Below, one piece after another: positions 1 to 7,530 of a stretch of 19,371 bases of DNA. Within the stretch, counting starts at the first letter, position 1, and every line of letters starts with the position of its first letter. The notes below the pieces were generated by a model that ran no database searches, was not told the DNA's origin, and was given only the letters and a program-made list of their open reading frames with translations. The stretch is from a bacterium (GTDB taxonomy: Bacteria > Sysuimicrobiota > Sysuimicrobiia > Sysuimicrobiales > Kaftiobacteriaceae). The stretch is from contig JBIOWP010000005.1 of assembly GCA_044868695.1 (NCBI GenBank), forward strand, positions 1 through 19,371, written 5' to 3'. The position numbers and the translations under genes are program-made.

Positions 1-4
1 CGAA

Positions 5-1672
5 CTACCGTTCCCACCAGGCCTTTCCGATGACCAGCGAGTGGCCGGTCGGGACGTTCGTCACTGTCCCGCCGCCCTCCACGCTGATGTTTCCGATCAG
101 CTGCAGGGTGGACTGCGCCACGAGGCCGCCGTGAATGTTCACGGCGCCTGTACCCGCCTGCAGCGTGCCGTTGACAATGATGGTGCCCCAGTAGTCGAAC
201 GTCCCATTCACGATCAGGTTCCCGTTGACCACGAGGGTGCCGTGCCCGCCGATGTTGCCGTTGACCGTCCAGTCTCCGTTGAGGACGAAGACCTTCTGCT
301 CGGTCTGCGTGCAGTAGGCGGCCGTCATCTCGGGCTTCTTGCAGCCCATATGATCCGTGGGCGCCGGGGTGCCGTCAATCCTGTTGCAGGCCGTCGGGAG
401 GCTCGGGAGCGTCCCGATGCCGGTCTTCGAACAATCATAGTTGTTCGTGACCGAACTGGTTTCAGGAAACGGCGGGACCGCGCCGTACTCGGGATACCGC
501 TGCAGGTCCGGCTGGACCGTCGGGTCGGGGTCCGCGGCGTTCGCCTTCACGCAGATGCTGTCGATGCATGCCGCGGTGCCGAGCCCGTTCCCGCGCTTCA
601 CCGCTGTCATCTTCGCCTCATCAAACCGCCAGTAATTGTCAAACCATTCCTCAAACACAATGGTCTTGAACCAGCGGGTATTCGGCGGGTTCCCGCCCGG
701 GACGAAGGCCCCGTTCTCGTCGAGGAACGGAGGATTATCGGCCGGGCCTTGCGACACCCACTTGAATGGCAACCCGCAGGGGAAGAGGTCGGGGTCCAGC
801 TGTGAGGGCACCGTCCCCGACGGGTCGTCGGGGTCAAATCCGTACTGGTCGATGGGCGCGGCGAGCGTGACGTTGGTCTGTAGAATGGCACCGGTGGGGA
901 CGGTCGTGTTGTAGGGGGGGAGTACCGCGCATCCATTTGCCTCGGCGTTGGCCTGAAACGCGAGAATATCCTGTCCAGCCGCCGTCGTCTCACTCACTCC
1001 CAGCCGCGTACCGGGATACCAGTTGGCGACGTCGGGGTTGCCGGGGTTTGCCGTCGTGCATCCCAGGTGCGTGTAGCAGGGAGCCACCGCGGGACCGCTG
1101 CCCGGCGTCTTGCTGACCCGCCAGCCCGCGTAGGTGATGGTCTGCGGCGGCGCACAGGCGTTGGTCGGGTAGCTCTTGTATTGGATAAACGACCTCGCAT
1201 ACGCATCACCGCAGGTGATCGCGGCACTGCCGGACTCGCTGACGCTGGCCGCAAAAGTGATGTCCGGCGGGAACGCGATGATCTGCTGCAGCACCAGCGC
1301 CGTCAGCTTTCGCGTGGCCGCGCCGACATTGGATGCCGTCGCCGTGATCTCCAGGTAGGCGGAGTTCGAGCCGGTGAAGACCCGCGTGACCGTGACGTTG
1401 ACCCGAGAATCGAGTACGCTCGTAAACGGAACACTGAACGGCCGTCCCATCTCCACTCTCCGGATCGCCTCTTGGATCCCGGCCTGGGCGAGTTCCGATG
1501 CCCGGACCCCGTCCCGCTGCAAACTGGCGATAACGATCTCGTTGCCGGTCACCGACAGCATCGCCGTGATAAGAATGAACACCAGCACCACGAACAGCAG
1601 GACGGTGATCAGCGCCGCCCCGCGGTCGCGCGACCGGATCTGCTCAATCAGTCTTCGTGCGCGTGCAAACAT
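5..1672 (-). CDS. Large PilX/GspK-like minor (tip) pilin, ~555 aa, with a Cys-rich middle region and a C-terminal beta-solenoid-like repeat region
   Basis: Basic leader then G|AALITVLLFVVLVFILITAML, a class III signal lacking Glu5 as is typical of PilX/GspK, followed by the PilX-N-like ASELAQAGIQEA. Contains 12 Cys and C-terminal VNG repeats, and ends WWER. The ATG at 1672 follows GGTGAGG; the ORF track uses TTG at 1684. It is the last gene of a FimU-PilV-PilW-PilX-like run. Confidence 0.8.
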   Translation of the reverse strand: MFARARRLIEQIRSRDRGAALITVLLFVVLVFILITAMLSVTGNEIVIASLQRDGVRASELAQAGIQEAIRRVEMGRPFSVPFTSVLDSRVNVTVTRVFTGSNSAYLEITATASNVGAATRKLTALVLQQIIAFPPDITFAASVSESGSAAITCGDAYARSFIQYKSYPTNACAPPQTITYAGWRVSKTPGSGPAVAPCYTHLGCTTANPGNPDVANWYPGTRLGVSETTAAGQDILAFQANAEANGCAVLPPYNTTVPTGAILQTNVTLAAPIDQYGFDPDDPSGTVPSQLDPDLFPCGLPFKWVSQGPADNPPFLDENGAFVPGGNPPNTRWFKTIVFEEWFDNYWRFDEAKMTAVKRGNGLGTAACIDSICVKANAADPDPTVQPDLQRYPEYGAVPPFPETSSVTNNYDCSKTGIGTLPSLPTACNRIDGTPAPTDHMGCKKPEMTAAYCTQTEQKVFVLNGDWTVNGNIGGHGTLVVNGNLIVNGTFDYWGTIIVNGTLQAGTGAVNIHGGLVAQSTLQLIGNISVEGGGTVTNVPTGHSLVIGKAWWER

Positions 1673-1698
1673 CGTCCTCACCAACGGCTCTCTGAGTT

Positions 1699-1717
1699 CC
1701 TTGCCGGCGCGGCAAGG
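1699..1717 (-). other. Perfect 8-bp inverted repeat (hairpin) immediately after the pilW-like stop codon
   Basis: CCTTGCCG (1699-1706), 3-nt loop, CGGCAAGG (1710-1717). No U-tract follows on the minus strand, so it is not a canonical intrinsic terminator. Confidence 0.55.
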
Positions 1718-2437
1718 TCAGTTGCGCGTCATCGACTGCCCGGGCAGGAGAATCTCCTGGTCCGGAATCGCCCTGCCCTGCACGACCTCGGTACCCTTGG
1801 CCTTCAGGGTCACCGAGACGATCCCGCCGGAAACACCGACATCAAAGCTTTCAATCATCGTAGCGATGATATCTCCGCCGGTGAGCAACCCGAGGTTCAG
1901 CACGGTCGTCGGCTGGCTGAGGTCGCCCACGACCCGGCGGAGCTCATGCATCCCATCGGGCGTATCCACGACGTAGTATCCGACGTAGCGCTGCCAGATG
2001 GGCGTATACGTCCCCCGCGGGACAATCGGCTCCGGGCTGGTGTACGGCGGGGGCGTAATGTTGCCGCCCGCGAAGGTGTAGCAGCGCGCGTCGTACCCGA
2101 GGCCCGTCGTGAGGCGCGTGTAGAGGCAGAACTTGTTGTTGTCTTCATTCAACCGGGCCGACTTGAAGACAATCTGGCTGTGTCCCGGCGTCGTGTTGTC
2201 GTACACGACCTCCACGACGCTGGTTTCCCGGATCTCGCGCGTCACCCGCTCGGTGGCGACACGCGCGTTCTGCTGCACGTCCGCGGCCACCTCGGTCTTG
2301 CGCGAGCTGGTGCGGGCGCTGCTGAACACGGCGTCAATCATCAGCATGAACAGCGCGAACACGGCCAGCGAGACCAGGAGCTCGATGAGTGTGACGCCCC
2401 GCTGCGCGCGGTGGAGCCGTGCCAGAGGCAGGGTCAT
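1718..2437 (-). CDS. PilW/GspJ-like type IV minor pilin, 239 aa
   Basis: Prepilin motif QRG|VTLIELLVSLAVFALFMLMI with Glu5, then ADVQQNARVATERVTREIRE, a helix typical of PilW. Two Cys. ATGA overlap with the upstream pilin. Confidence 0.85.
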   Translation of the reverse strand: MTLPLARLHRAQRGVTLIELLVSLAVFALFMLMIDAVFSSARTSSRKTEVAADVQQNARVATERVTREIRETSVVEVVYDNTTPGHSQIVFKSARLNEDNNKFCLYTRLTTGLGYDARCYTFAGGNITPPPYTSPEPIVPRGTYTPIWQRYVGYYVVDTPDGMHELRRVVGDLSQPTTVLNLGLLTGGDIIATMIESFDVGVSGGIVSVTLKAKGTEVVQGRAIPDQEILLPGQSMTRN

Positions 2438-2976
2438 GGGAGGAACCGGTCCACCTGCAGGGTCCGGGTCACGTTCCGGTACCGCCAGGTCAGGACGGAG
2501 CGGATGCGCACGAGGTACTCTTGGGTGGTATCAGTGGTGCAGCCCACGCCCGGGGTCACACTGTACTTCACGAACTTGGGAGGGACGGCCGCGTCGAAAC
2601 ACGCATACCACCGCTCGATGGTCACATCCAGCCGGCGCCAGTCCAGCTGGTATGGCTGTGTCGGCGGCGTGGGCCAGCCGGTCAGCCCTGAGGACGCCAG
2701 GTTGGGCGTGGAGCAGTCGGGTCCCTCACAGTAGCTGCCCGCGACCAGCGCCGCGCTGACTTGGCCCGACGCATTTTCCTGGAAGGCCTGCAAGTACACC
2801 GCGCCGGCCGTCATGTCCCGGGCCGCCCGCGTCGTGAGGAATCCGGTGGGAAACCCTTCAAGGAAGCCGCCGGAGCCCGCGGCGCCCAGCACGCCCAGGG
2901 CGCCGATGATGACGACCGCGAAGATCGCCAGCGACACCAGGATCTCGATCAGGGTAAACCCCTGCTCGTGTCTCAT
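2434..2976 (-). CDS. PilV/GspI-like type IV minor pilin, 180 aa
   Basis: MRHEQG|FTLIEILVSLAIFAVVIIGALGVL. The ATG at 2976 overlaps the upstream TGA (ATGA). Four Cys. It is only the C-terminal part of the 603-aa ORF-track entry. Confidence 0.85.
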   Translation of the reverse strand: MRHEQGFTLIEILVSLAIFAVVIIGALGVLGAAGSGGFLEGFPTGFLTTRAARDMTAGAVYLQAFQENASGQVSAALVAGSYCEGPDCSTPNLASSGLTGWPTPPTQPYQLDWRRLDVTIERWYACFDAAVPPKFVKYSVTPGVGCTTDTTQEYLVRIRSVLTWRYRNVTRTLQVDRFLP

Positions 2977-3503
2977 AGCCGCGACACGCTCACTCGCCCC
3001 GTGGCCGACTCGACCTTGACCTCGACCTGCTCGACGCCGGACGACTTCACCTTCAGCCGCATGCGGCCGCTCGCGGTGGCATACCCCAGAGGCTTGAACG
3101 TCGCGCAGTCGTTGGCTGTGTCGGCCGGCGCAGTACACGCCGGAAAGTTGGTCGGGCCGTCCATGATCTGGACGTTGGAGGGCCACTCGGACTGCACGGT
3201 CCGGACCAGAGTGGTCGGCGTTCCCACCTTCCAGATCTTCAGTCCCGTCGACGTGCCTGACCCCGTCACCACGTCGAACTCGACCATGTAGTCCACGTTT
3301 TCGGCCACGCTCCGCGCCTGCGCCCGGCGCAATTCCGACATCACCAGCGTCGCCGCGCGCTGGAGGGAAAAGGCGTCGCGGGCCTTCTGCACGCCGAGCG
3401 CAAGGACGCCAAGGACCACCGCAATGGTCCCAATGACGACGATGAGCTCCAGCAGCGTGAAGCCCGCCTGGCCGTCTTTGTGGCGCACCGGTTTCCAGGA
3501 CAT
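2973..3503 (-). CDS. FimU/FimT/GspH-like type IV minor pilin, ~176 aa
   Basis: GQAG|FTLLELIVVIGTIAVVLGVLAL, then LMSELRRAQARS-type helix (LVMSELRRAQARSV), TFKPLG and C-terminal VESATGRV, all typical of GspH/FimT. The ATG at 3503 has AGGAG 5 nt upstream; an alternative in-frame ATG is at 3521. Confidence 0.85.
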   Translation of the reverse strand: MSWKPVRHKDGQAGFTLLELIVVIGTIAVVLGVLALGVQKARDAFSLQRAATLVMSELRRAQARSVAENVDYMVEFDVVTGSGTSTGLKIWKVGTPTTLVRTVQSEWPSNVQIMDGPTNFPACTAPADTANDCATFKPLGYATASGRMRLKVKSSGVEQVEVKVESATGRVSVSRL

Positions 3504-3548
3504 GAGGTCTCCTATGGTCATGCCCTCCCCGTTTGGGGCATAGACACC

Positions 3549-3564
3549 AGCACGGCGCGTGCCA
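3549..3564 (-). promoter_or_regulatory. Putative sigma-54 (RpoN) -24/-12 promoter for the minor pilin operon
   Basis: The minus strand reads TGGCACG-CGCC-GTGCT against consensus TGGCACG-N4-TTGCW: one mismatch, with invariant GG and GC at the correct spacing. It lies in the pilD-pilin intergenic gap, correctly oriented, with an AT-rich tract just upstream. Confidence 0.7.
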
Positions 3565-3605
3565 CGGCCTCCTTCTATTATGTTTCCACAAAACTTCCGG
3601 CGATG

Positions 3606-4364
3606 CTATGGGGAACCGAGGTACCAGCGGAGGATCGCGCCGGACGCGAAGAGCGCGAGTACACCGCCGACGGCCAGCGAGGGACCGAATGGGATCGGGT
3701 CTTTGCGCGAGCGCTTCTTTGCAGCGATGAGTAGCACCCCGGCGGCCGCCCCCAGCACGAATGCGACCAGCAGCGCCAACGCAATCGCGGGCCAGCTCAA
3801 GAACGCGCCCATCATCGCGGCCAGCTTGATATCCCCTCCGCCCATGCCGCCGCGGCTGGCCATCGCTACGATCAGGAAGAAGCCCCCGGCGGCGGCGGCC
3901 GCGATCACGGACGAGACGAGGACCCCCTGGGGAATCGCGAGGAGCAGCCCGACCACGAGCCCGGGGTAGGTGATCGCGTTCGGCACGATCTGATGGTCGA
4001 GATCGATGAAGAACACCGCGAGCAGCGCCAGGGAGAACACACTGCCCGCGACGAGCGCCGTCCACGCGCCCGACTGCGCGAAGCGCAGCCACAGCGCGGC
4101 CAGCAGGATCCCGGCGGCCGTCTCGACCGCGGGATAGCGCCAGCCGATCGGGGCCCGGCACACCCGGCACCGTCCACGGAGTATCAGGAAGCTGAGGAGC
4201 GGGATATTGTCGACCGGCCGGATGGCCGCTCCGCAGTGCGGGCACCGGGACGCCGGCCGTACGATCGAGAGCCCCCTAGGCAGACGGTAAATCACCACGT
4301 TCAGAAAACTGCCCAGGATGGTCCCGAGGACAAACACGACGGCCGTGGACGCGATCAGGTTCAT
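3606..4364 (-). CDS. pilD: Prepilin peptidase / N-methyltransferase (peptidase A24A), 252 aa
   Basis: GSFLNVVIYRLP; Zn-binding pairs CPHC and CRVC; catalytic Asp motifs FIDLDHQIVP and GMGGGDIKL; C-terminal IPFGPSL; multiple TM segments. Confidence 0.95.
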   Translation of the reverse strand: MNLIASTAVVFVLGTILGSFLNVVIYRLPRGLSIVRPASRCPHCGAAIRPVDNIPLLSFLILRGRCRVCRAPIGWRYPAVETAAGILLAALWLRFAQSGAWTALVAGSVFSLALLAVFFIDLDHQIVPNAITYPGLVVGLLLAIPQGVLVSSVIAAAAAGGFFLIVAMASRGGMGGGDIKLAAMMGAFLSWPAIALALLVAFVLGAAAGVLLIAAKKRSRKDPIPFGPSLAVGGVLALFASGAILRWYLGSP

Positions 4365-6451
4365 CGCCCGGTCACCCGCCGCACCACGTGGCGCAACTCC
4401 ACCAGGGCATGTTCAGACGCCAGGTCCATTTCCGGGTCACGCTGCCGGTGGCCGTAGCGCACTTCTTCGAACGTCCGTGTGATCAGCTCCGCGGCGGGAC
4501 GCACCGGCTCCGGCAGCCGTGCGGCAAACTCGCGGGGTGTCGTCGCCGGGCCGCGGAGAAATCCGCGACGGGCCAGAACCTTCAGCATGGCCTCGTAGTG
4601 GTCCTCACCGAATGATAGCCTGCGGCCACGGCGGTCTCGACGAGCCCGGAGCAGCCCCACGGCCACCACGACGGCGCCGGCCGCCAGCAGGAGGACCGGC
4701 GGTTCTGCCGGCCTCGCGTCCGAGAGCGGGCGGATCAGCCGCGCCGCCGCGGCCCCCACCCACGCGAGCGCGTCGCGAGCCAACCACTGCCCCGTGGATT
4801 CGCGGGCCAGAACGTCGGCGGACGCAAATCCGGGCGAGGGCTCAAACTCCACCCACCCCACCCCGGGCTGGAAGACTTCCACCCAGGCGTGCGCGTCGGA
4901 GTTGCGGACCTCGTAGTACCCTGTGAAGATGTTGTAGGTTCCGGTGGTGTAACCGGTCACCAGGCGCGCGGGCACGCCGGCGGCCCGCAACAGCACAGCC
5001 ATGGCGCTGGCAAAGATCTCACACGACCCCTGCCGCGTGACGAAGAGGAATTCGTCGACCGCATCGGCGCCCGCGGACAGGGGCGGGGCCTGCAGCGTAT
5101 ATGAGAATCCTGTCGCCAGGTAGCGCTGGATCGCCGCCGCCTTCTGGTACGGGCTCGGCCATGGGACCGTCAGCTCCCGCGCGAGCTCCTGCACCCGCGA
5201 TGGAATCGACGGCAGCGGCAGATAGCGGGCGCCGATCCCAGGCGGGACGTCTCCACGGTCCCGTTCCAGGAGTGCCGCCGTCGGCACCGGAACGCGGCTG
5301 ATCACGCTGTAGATCATTCCGGACTCCAGCGGCACCGGACTGCGCAGGCCCGCGTAACGGTCCACGGCGATCGTTCCGGTGGGAAAGAACACTTCGAACG
5401 GCCTGTACGCGGCAAAGATGACGTTCGGCTGCTTCGCTTCCACGTAGAACGTCTGGATCACCTGCTCGGATCCGGCGGGCCAGGGCTCGTCGGGTCCGAG
5501 CCGGGGCGCCAGGCGCGGCTGGTCGGACGCATATTCGTCCACGGCCCGATCGCTCATGCGCCAGCCGCGCTTCATATAAGTGTCAAAGGCCAGCCCCCGC
5601 CAGAACGCCGGCCGCGTGGACCGCACGCGCATGACCAGCGTGTCGTCCAGCGTCCCGCGCATCCGCAGGTCCACGAACGTAGAGAACCCGACGTAGCCCT
5701 GCGGGTTGAACACCGCGGTGGTGGGCTCCAGGTCTGCTCCCGGTTCCTCCGGATAGGCGGGGTTAACAATACGCCCGGCCAGCGAGGTGGTCCAGAGCAG
5801 GCGCGGCGACACCGGCGTCCACCGCACGCGCAGCCCGCCGCCGCGTGGAATGAGCGCGAACAGCAGCGCCGCCACCAGCAGCACCGCGCCACCGAGCCGC
5901 ACCCCCGGCCCGACCAGCTCCGGGATCGGCATTCCCGGACCCGCTTGCATCGCCACGAGCGCCAGACCGGCGGCCAGCGCGAAGGGAATCAAAAACAGCC
6001 CAAAGGCCGCGTCGCGCGCGTACACCGCGCCGACGCCCATGAGGACGATGGCGCTGGCCAGCGAGTACTTGAGGTCCTTGCGGGCCGGCAGGTCAAAACC
6101 GTGCAGGACCTGCAGCCACAGGAACAGCCGCACCAGCGGGATGCGGGGGTCGTAGGGGTTATTGACCAGCGCCGTGAAAAAGTCGCGCGCGACCGCCAGA
6201 ATCAGGATGGCAATCGCCGCCTTCAGCCACCAGTTGGCCGCGCGGCGGCGGACGTAGCTGACCACGTACCCCACCACGATGGCGATGGCCGCGCCGGCTG
6301 CCTGCACCGTAAACTCCTCTTGCACCGCAACCGAGGCCACCGCGACGAGCACCACGAAGAGCACGGCGGCCCGGGATGCGATCGAGTCGTCCGGGGCGGG
6401 CCGCGGAAATCGGCGGGCGATGCGTCCTATCGTGTCAGTGAGCCTAGGCAC
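4361..6451 (-). CDS. TgpA-like membrane transglutaminase-domain protein (DUF3488 TM region + transglutaminase core + DUF4129-like tail), 696 aa
   Basis: N-terminal multi-TM region; FWRGLAFDTY; core GSCEIFASAMAVLLRAAGVPARLVTGY ... DAHAWVEVF ... GWVEFEP; tail TPREFA ... FEEVRYG. GTG start preceded by GGAGGAGG. Overlaps the DUF58 gene by 25 nt. Confidence 0.9.
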   Translation of the reverse strand: MPRLTDTIGRIARRFPRPAPDDSIASRAAVLFVVLVAVASVAVQEEFTVQAAGAAIAIVVGYVVSYVRRRAANWWLKAAIAILILAVARDFFTALVNNPYDPRIPLVRLFLWLQVLHGFDLPARKDLKYSLASAIVLMGVGAVYARDAAFGLFLIPFALAAGLALVAMQAGPGMPIPELVGPGVRLGGAVLLVAALLFALIPRGGGLRVRWTPVSPRLLWTTSLAGRIVNPAYPEEPGADLEPTTAVFNPQGYVGFSTFVDLRMRGTLDDTLVMRVRSTRPAFWRGLAFDTYMKRGWRMSDRAVDEYASDQPRLAPRLGPDEPWPAGSEQVIQTFYVEAKQPNVIFAAYRPFEVFFPTGTIAVDRYAGLRSPVPLESGMIYSVISRVPVPTAALLERDRGDVPPGIGARYLPLPSIPSRVQELARELTVPWPSPYQKAAAIQRYLATGFSYTLQAPPLSAGADAVDEFLFVTRQGSCEIFASAMAVLLRAAGVPARLVTGYTTGTYNIFTGYYEVRNSDAHAWVEVFQPGVGWVEFEPSPGFASADVLARESTGQWLARDALAWVGAAAARLIRPLSDARPAEPPVLLLAAGAVVVAVGLLRARRDRRGRRLSFGEDHYEAMLKVLARRGFLRGPATTPREFAARLPEPVRPAAELITRTFEEVRYGHRQRDPEMDLASEHALVELRHVVRRVTGR

Positions 6452-7530
6452 GCGCCCACCTCCTCCCCCTGCCGCAGGATGGCAACGGGAATCTCCAACG
6501 CCCGGAGCAGCATCTCTCCCGCGTCATCCGTCAACACCGCGGCAATCGGAATCCCCCGCTGGGCCAGGGCCGCCACGGCATCGGCATCGGCCGTACAGAC
6601 GACAGCCGGCGTCCCATCCGGCACTCCCGTCGCATAGACGTCCGCCAGCGGGAGGACTCCGTCGGGCTGAACGCGGGCCAGCCAGTGCAGCGCCCCAGAC
6701 CACCCCACAGACGCGCGCTGGACCTGCGTGCCGCTAGCCGCGGCCAGCAGCACAGCGCGCCCCGACCGCGTGACGGTCTGCGCGATCGACGCGGCCGCCC
6801 GCACCAGATCTTCGAACCTGTCGCTGGAGCGCGTGTCGAGGAGCAGGGCAACGGGTTGATGGATCTCCCGCTCAAACTCCCGCACGACCAGCACGCCGCG
6901 GCGTGCGGTGCTGCGCCAGTGGACGTGGCGCAGGGCGTCTCCATCGCGGAAGTCCCGCACGCCGGCGACCTCTGATCCGTCCCGCCCGGGACGCGGCACC
7001 GGCGACGCCTCCGCCTCGGCGCGGCCCGGCACAGGGAAATCTGCCAGAACCCAGTAGCGGGGGAAAACCGTGAGGATCCCCGGCGCGGGAACGCGGCGGC
7101 TCGATGCAAACAGACCGGTGAGCCCAGAAGATCGCACGTCGAGGGCGTCGACACGGTGGACGCCGCGGCGCTGGGCCTCCGCCTCATAGGTGACGATCCC
7201 CGGCGCGCGCGCATCACAGGAGGCGATGACGGCGGTGTGCGGTGACAGACCGGGAACGGCATCGGTGATCCGGATGAAGTGGCGGCGGCCCCGGCGCGGC
7301 ATCACCCGCAGCCGGACCTGAAGACGGTCTCCTTCAAACGCCTCGGGGGACATGTCGCGTTCAATCACCAGACCCTGCGACCCGGCGCGCGCGGACAGCC
7401 AGCCGACCGCCAGTGCGGCCAGCAGCAGGGCGTCCACCGCATACACCCAGCCGGCCTGGAGGTTGACCGCCACGAATAGGAGGAGCGCGGCCAGCACGCC
7501 GGCGGCGATGCCGTCGCCGGTGGGTCTCAT
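6427..7530 (-). CDS. DUF58 domain membrane protein (MoxR partner), 367 aa
   Basis: Two N-terminal TM segments; signature EVAGVRDFRDGDALRHVHWRSTARRGVLVVREFE followed by LLLDTR; canonical position between MoxR and a transglutaminase. Confidence 0.9.
   Translation of the reverse strand: MRPTGDGIAAGVLAALLLFVAVNLQAGWVYAVDALLLAALAVGWLSARAGSQGLVIERDMSPEAFEGDRLQVRLRVMPRRGRRHFIRITDAVPGLSPHTAVIASCDARAPGIVTYEAEAQRRGVHRVDALDVRSSGLTGLFASSRRVPAPGILTVFPRYWVLADFPVPGRAEAEASPVPRPGRDGSEVAGVRDFRDGDALRHVHWRSTARRGVLVVREFEREIHQPVALLLDTRSSDRFEDLVRAAASIAQTVTRSGRAVLLAAASGTQVQRASVGWSGALHWLARVQPDGVLPLADVYATGVPDGTPAVVCTADADAVAALAQRGIPIAAVLTDDAGEMLLRALEIPVAILRQGEEVGACLGSLTR

Noticed and set aside
1067..2734. 555-aa + strand ORF
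   Set aside because: Antisense shadow of the pilin genes in high-GC DNA; no recognisable motifs.
1718..3503. Interpretation as type II secretion pseudopilins GspH/I/J/K
   Set aside because: Not strictly excluded, but there are no gspC-G/L/M genes in the window, and the Cys pairs, PilX-type N-terminus and large tip pilin fit type IV pili better.
3520..3541. ATGCCC/GGGCAT inverted repeat over the upstream alternative pilin start
   Set aside because: Only 6 bp in GC-rich DNA and partly upstream of the predicted TSS; at most it favours use of ATG 3503.
3518..3576. Perfect SD-like AGAAGGAGG followed by a 15-codon GTG mini-ORF whose TGA overlaps ATG 3521
   Set aside because: SD-to-GTG spacing is only 2 nt and the ORF runs through the sigma-54 motif; there is no support for a leader peptide, though it cannot be fully excluded on a read-through transcript.
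3582..3590. DnaA-box-like GTTTCCACA and a nearby -10-like CATAAT on the minus strand
   Set aside because: Single imperfect box with no cluster; no suitably spaced -35 element.
2977..4245. N-terminal ~420 aa of the 603-aa ORF (2434..4245), suggesting a giant pilin fusion
   Set aside because: Arg/Gly/Pro-rich off-frame read-through of pilD and the FimU-like gene; the real pilin starts at ATG 2976 with a prepilin motif.
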